A stretch of DNA of 64,000 bases from Azolla caroliniana (Eukaryota; Plantae; Polypodiophyta): NCBI GenBank assembly GCA_043228905.1, contig JBHGNT010000018.1, positions 12,214,001 through 12,278,000 of the forward strand, given 5' to 3'. Position numbers and translations under genes: made by a program. Positions 61,232-64,000 of this stretch are shown piece by piece. The notes below the pieces were generated by a model. The model was not told the origin of the DNA. It made no database searches and saw nothing but the letters and a program-made list of their open reading frames with translations. Position 1 is the first letter of the stretch. Each line of letters begins with the position of its first letter.

Positions 61232-61871
61232 GTGGTAGACTCCGAAGCGTCGTTCCACCTTACCCGGGACCGGAAATGCTTCTCATCCTACTCAACTGGT
61301 GACCACGGCTGTGTCCGGATGGGGAATGAAGGTACATGCCGAATTATCGGCATAGGAGACGTGTGGTTGTCAACACCAACCGGATGCAAGTTGCTGCTGA
61401 AGGATGTCCGACACGTTCCGGAGGTTCGTCTGAACCTGATATCAGCCGGTCGGCTAGATGATGAAGGCTACACGGGTAGCATCTGGAATGGTGCCATGAA
61501 GTTCAGCAAAGGGAGCCTGATTGTGGCTCGGGCCCGGAAGGTAAACACGTTGTACCTGATGAATGCCCGGTTATGTCCGGAAGAAGTGAACGTGGCATCC
61601 GACACTGCCGGTGAACTATGGCACAAGAGGCTGTGTCACATGAGTGAGAAGGGGATGAAGAGGCTTGCAGACGACAACCTCATTCCAGTGAAGAACGTGC
61701 ACTTAGAGAAGTGCATTGATTGTCTGGCCGGTAAGCAGAACCGGACCTCCTTCCGACCAAGGCCACCGATGAGACGTAATGCATCACTGGAGTTGGTGCA
61801 TACGGATGTGTGTCAAGTAGACACGAAGTCACATGCCGGAGCACAGTACTTCGTGACGTTCATAGATGACC

Positions 61872-62456
61872 AAAAGGAGTCGGGTAGAAGTCACATGCCG
61901 GAACGCGAGCGAGGCGGAGTAACACCAAATGGAGCCGGGTAGAAGAACTGGCTGCCGCAGGCACTAACACCACGATACGACCTCAAGCTGAGCTTGAGGG
62001 GGAGCGTTGAGCGGGCAAGCTCAACCGAATCCAGATCGGTTGAATAAGCCTGAGCTAGATCGGCATCCGGAAGGATGACCCATATCGGTTGGTACCCGAA
62101 AACAACCGGCCGGATCAAGGAGCCGGATCGGAGAGCCAAATTCGAGCGGGAACTGAAAGCCTAGTAGTAGCCTAGACTACTAGGTAATCATTGTCTCGTA
62201 GGTAGTGTTAGTCGCACATGTGAGCATCGAAGTACCTATCAGTACTTCTGTCAGTCCTTTACGGACTTGTATAAATAGTGTTGTTTAGCACGTTGTATGT
62301 ACCGAGTTCTAGAGTTAATTTTTGAATATAGTTTTATGTTCTACTCTCTCTATCTCCTCTGTGTTTTTAAGCTTTTCCATTAAACCTTCATCTCATTTTC
62401 TGTTGCTATCCGACTGAGCCGGTTCTGTCTGATGCTTCTGCATATTAACATTAACA
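61872..62456 (+). mobile_element. K: 3' end of an A-family Copia (3' region, PPT, LTR 62005-62456)
   Basis: GAGGGGGAG then (T>C)GTTGAG; closer to A's LTR than to J's; no TSD shared with J. Confidence 0.8.
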
Positions 62457-62757
62457 CTAGTCCAACAACACTTCGTCCTTGCCAAACCGCAAACCCCTTT
62501 CAGCCTTCTCCCTTTTCGCTTTATAGCCGTCGGGGAGGAGTTGTCACGTCCTATTTATATTGTGTTTATTCTCTGTCCCTTCGGGCAGAGATACACATTG
62601 ATTTTGTAGCTAATAAATACATTCTACCTAGTATATTTACATCAGGCCGACCTATTCCTAGTTATGTACAAACTTGTCAATTTACGCGTCCATGTGTAAA
62701 GGTCGGTTCACCCGCTTTATCCTCCAACTCCTCTTAAGGCCGATTTTCTTCATGACA

Positions 62758-63125
62758 ACGGGGAAACTTAGTTGCAGCATGTTGGTTCACATACCCCACC
62801 CCATGATTGTGCTTACATGCTCAATTATGCTTACATGTTGGTTCTAATACCCCCGTGGGTATTTCTGCTCTATCGATTGGCTCGTATAGGTCTTTGACTA
62901 TGAGAAGGTTTTCCATCTTTATCTTCCAGTCTGCATAGTTCTGAAAGTTTAGAACTATTATACCTGGGAAGCCGTTCCCACCTCCTTCCATCTATTGTTG
63001 TTCTGATACCATTTTGATGGGATTTGATCCCTATGGTTTGTGTGAAAGACCGACTAGAAAATAACCCAAGGAATGCAGAAAATAGAAAACAAATACATGG
63101 TACACAGTTTTACGTGGAAACCTTA
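62758..63125 (-). mobile_element. H 5' part: gag start, PBS 63000-63011, part of 5' LTR from 63015
   Basis: Matches F 41320-41760; PBS TGGTATCAGAAC. Confidence 0.8.
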
Positions 63126-64000
63126 TGAAATGTAACATGCGGAAGCTATACGAAATAGAGAATACCGACAGAGAAAACAAGGTTTAATGGAGAGCTTAAG
63201 TCACAATGTACACGGGAGAGACAGAGAGGGAATGAACACACAGAAAAAAACTAAATTCAAAATAATGTGTAAAACTTTGTACATAGGATGTGCTCAAGGA
63301 GAACTTTCATACAAGTCCATACAGATTGACAGAAGTACTGACACATACTTCAATACTCATAACCGAGGTCCTACACTAAGTCCTAAATATATTCCCTCAC
63401 GAAATATCTGTTCAACGGCCTCCCAGTTTCCGCACCGGTCCGGCCTCTTGTTGCACACCGGTTTACGCACCGATCTGGCCAATGTTGAGCTTGTATCTCA
63501 ACACTCCCCCTCAAGCTCAACTTGAGGCTCTTCTGGTCCTATGCTCCAGTATCTCTTAACTTTACACCTCGCTCGCGCTCCTCGACCCATTCAACTCTGC
63601 GTGCCTCGACCCTTACGGTCAGCTTGTCTGCTCATACGACCTTTTCTTGCTCCCTTCCTGTCAGGATGTTCGCGCCTCTTCTGCTTGGCCTTCAGTTAAT
63701 TTGGCGTCTCTGAATCAAACATCTGAGCCGAATCCGCTGCCTCCGATTCGTCTCCGCTTTTGTCCGAATTGGCTGTCTCCAATTCGTCCTCAATCTTGGC
63801 CTTCTCACCCTTGCTGGCTTCATCTCCCCCATGCTTGGCTGGCTCCAGCTCTTTCTTTCCGTTGCTGCCCTCTCGTCCACTCCCAGACTCTTTCGCAAAT
63901 CCACCTTCGGCTTCTTCAGTCGACACTAAACCAAATTCGTCATCCAATTTGGTGTCGCGGTCACTTTCGCTCATTTCCTACTCCTTTCCGTGGTCTTACG
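63126..64000 (-). mobile_element. L: 3' end of an A-family Copia inserted in H's LTR (3' LTR ~63126-63503, PPT 63504-63512)
   Basis: LTR homologous to J's LTR; CTCCCCCTC adjacent. Confidence 0.85.

Larger units (their letters stand above)
59546..61871 (+). mobile_element. Element I: Copia (B/E-like), 5' LTR 59546-60283, PBS 60286-60297, truncated in integrase
   Basis: LTR and PBS; gag open 60314-61231; PR-IN open 61232-61871. Confidence 0.92.
54044..62757 (-). mobile_element. Element G: Gypsy remnant in H's gag (3' LTR 54044-54862, integrase 54937-55801, partial 5' LTR 62468-62757)
   Basis: TGTCGTG...CATGACA; PPT GGTGGGGGTGGA; ADRGQLDA, KIERGHGPIVK, RRWFGPY; H resumes at 62758. Confidence 0.8.

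Noticed and set aside
55802-62456. J 5' LTR and K 3' LTR as one intact element
   Set aside because: The LTRs are clearly divergent and the flanks GAAAT/CTAGT do not form a TSD.

Overview
This is eukaryotic, gene-free heterochromatin-like DNA made almost entirely of nested transposons. It is most likely a land plant; the element types suggest a non-seed plant such as a fern, which is an inference. No host genes, rRNA, tRNA genes or CRISPR arrays were found. I name the elements by letter. At the left is a decayed Tcn1-like chromoviral Gypsy (Z, 1-6392) carrying a truncated Copia (Y). Z sits in Copia A (minus strand, 6393-7960 plus 43831-45630), which is split by Copia B (7961-43830). B hosts Copia C (7982-23239), and C hosts a very young Athila/Phygy-like Gypsy D (10400-20196; LTRs appear identical; extra ~878-codon 3' ORF). 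B also hosts two RTE-X-like LINE insertions, Copia E (31150-36616) and Copia F (37112-42281). To the right are an unexplained segment, a solo LTR, a decayed hAT transposase, and a second nest: Copia H > Gypsy G > Copia J > Copia I, plus A-family ends K and L. The most striking observations are: (1) two LINE insertions at the same nucleotide flanked by 305-bp and 444-bp target duplications; (2) four Copia copies with a stop at the same Trp codon at the gag/protease boundary; (3) young Gypsy D has a large extra ORF and no polypurine tract; (4) the LTR of Z has perfect heat-shock elements and an antisense tRNA T-arm/B-box, next to a hairpin array. All comparisons were made by eye.
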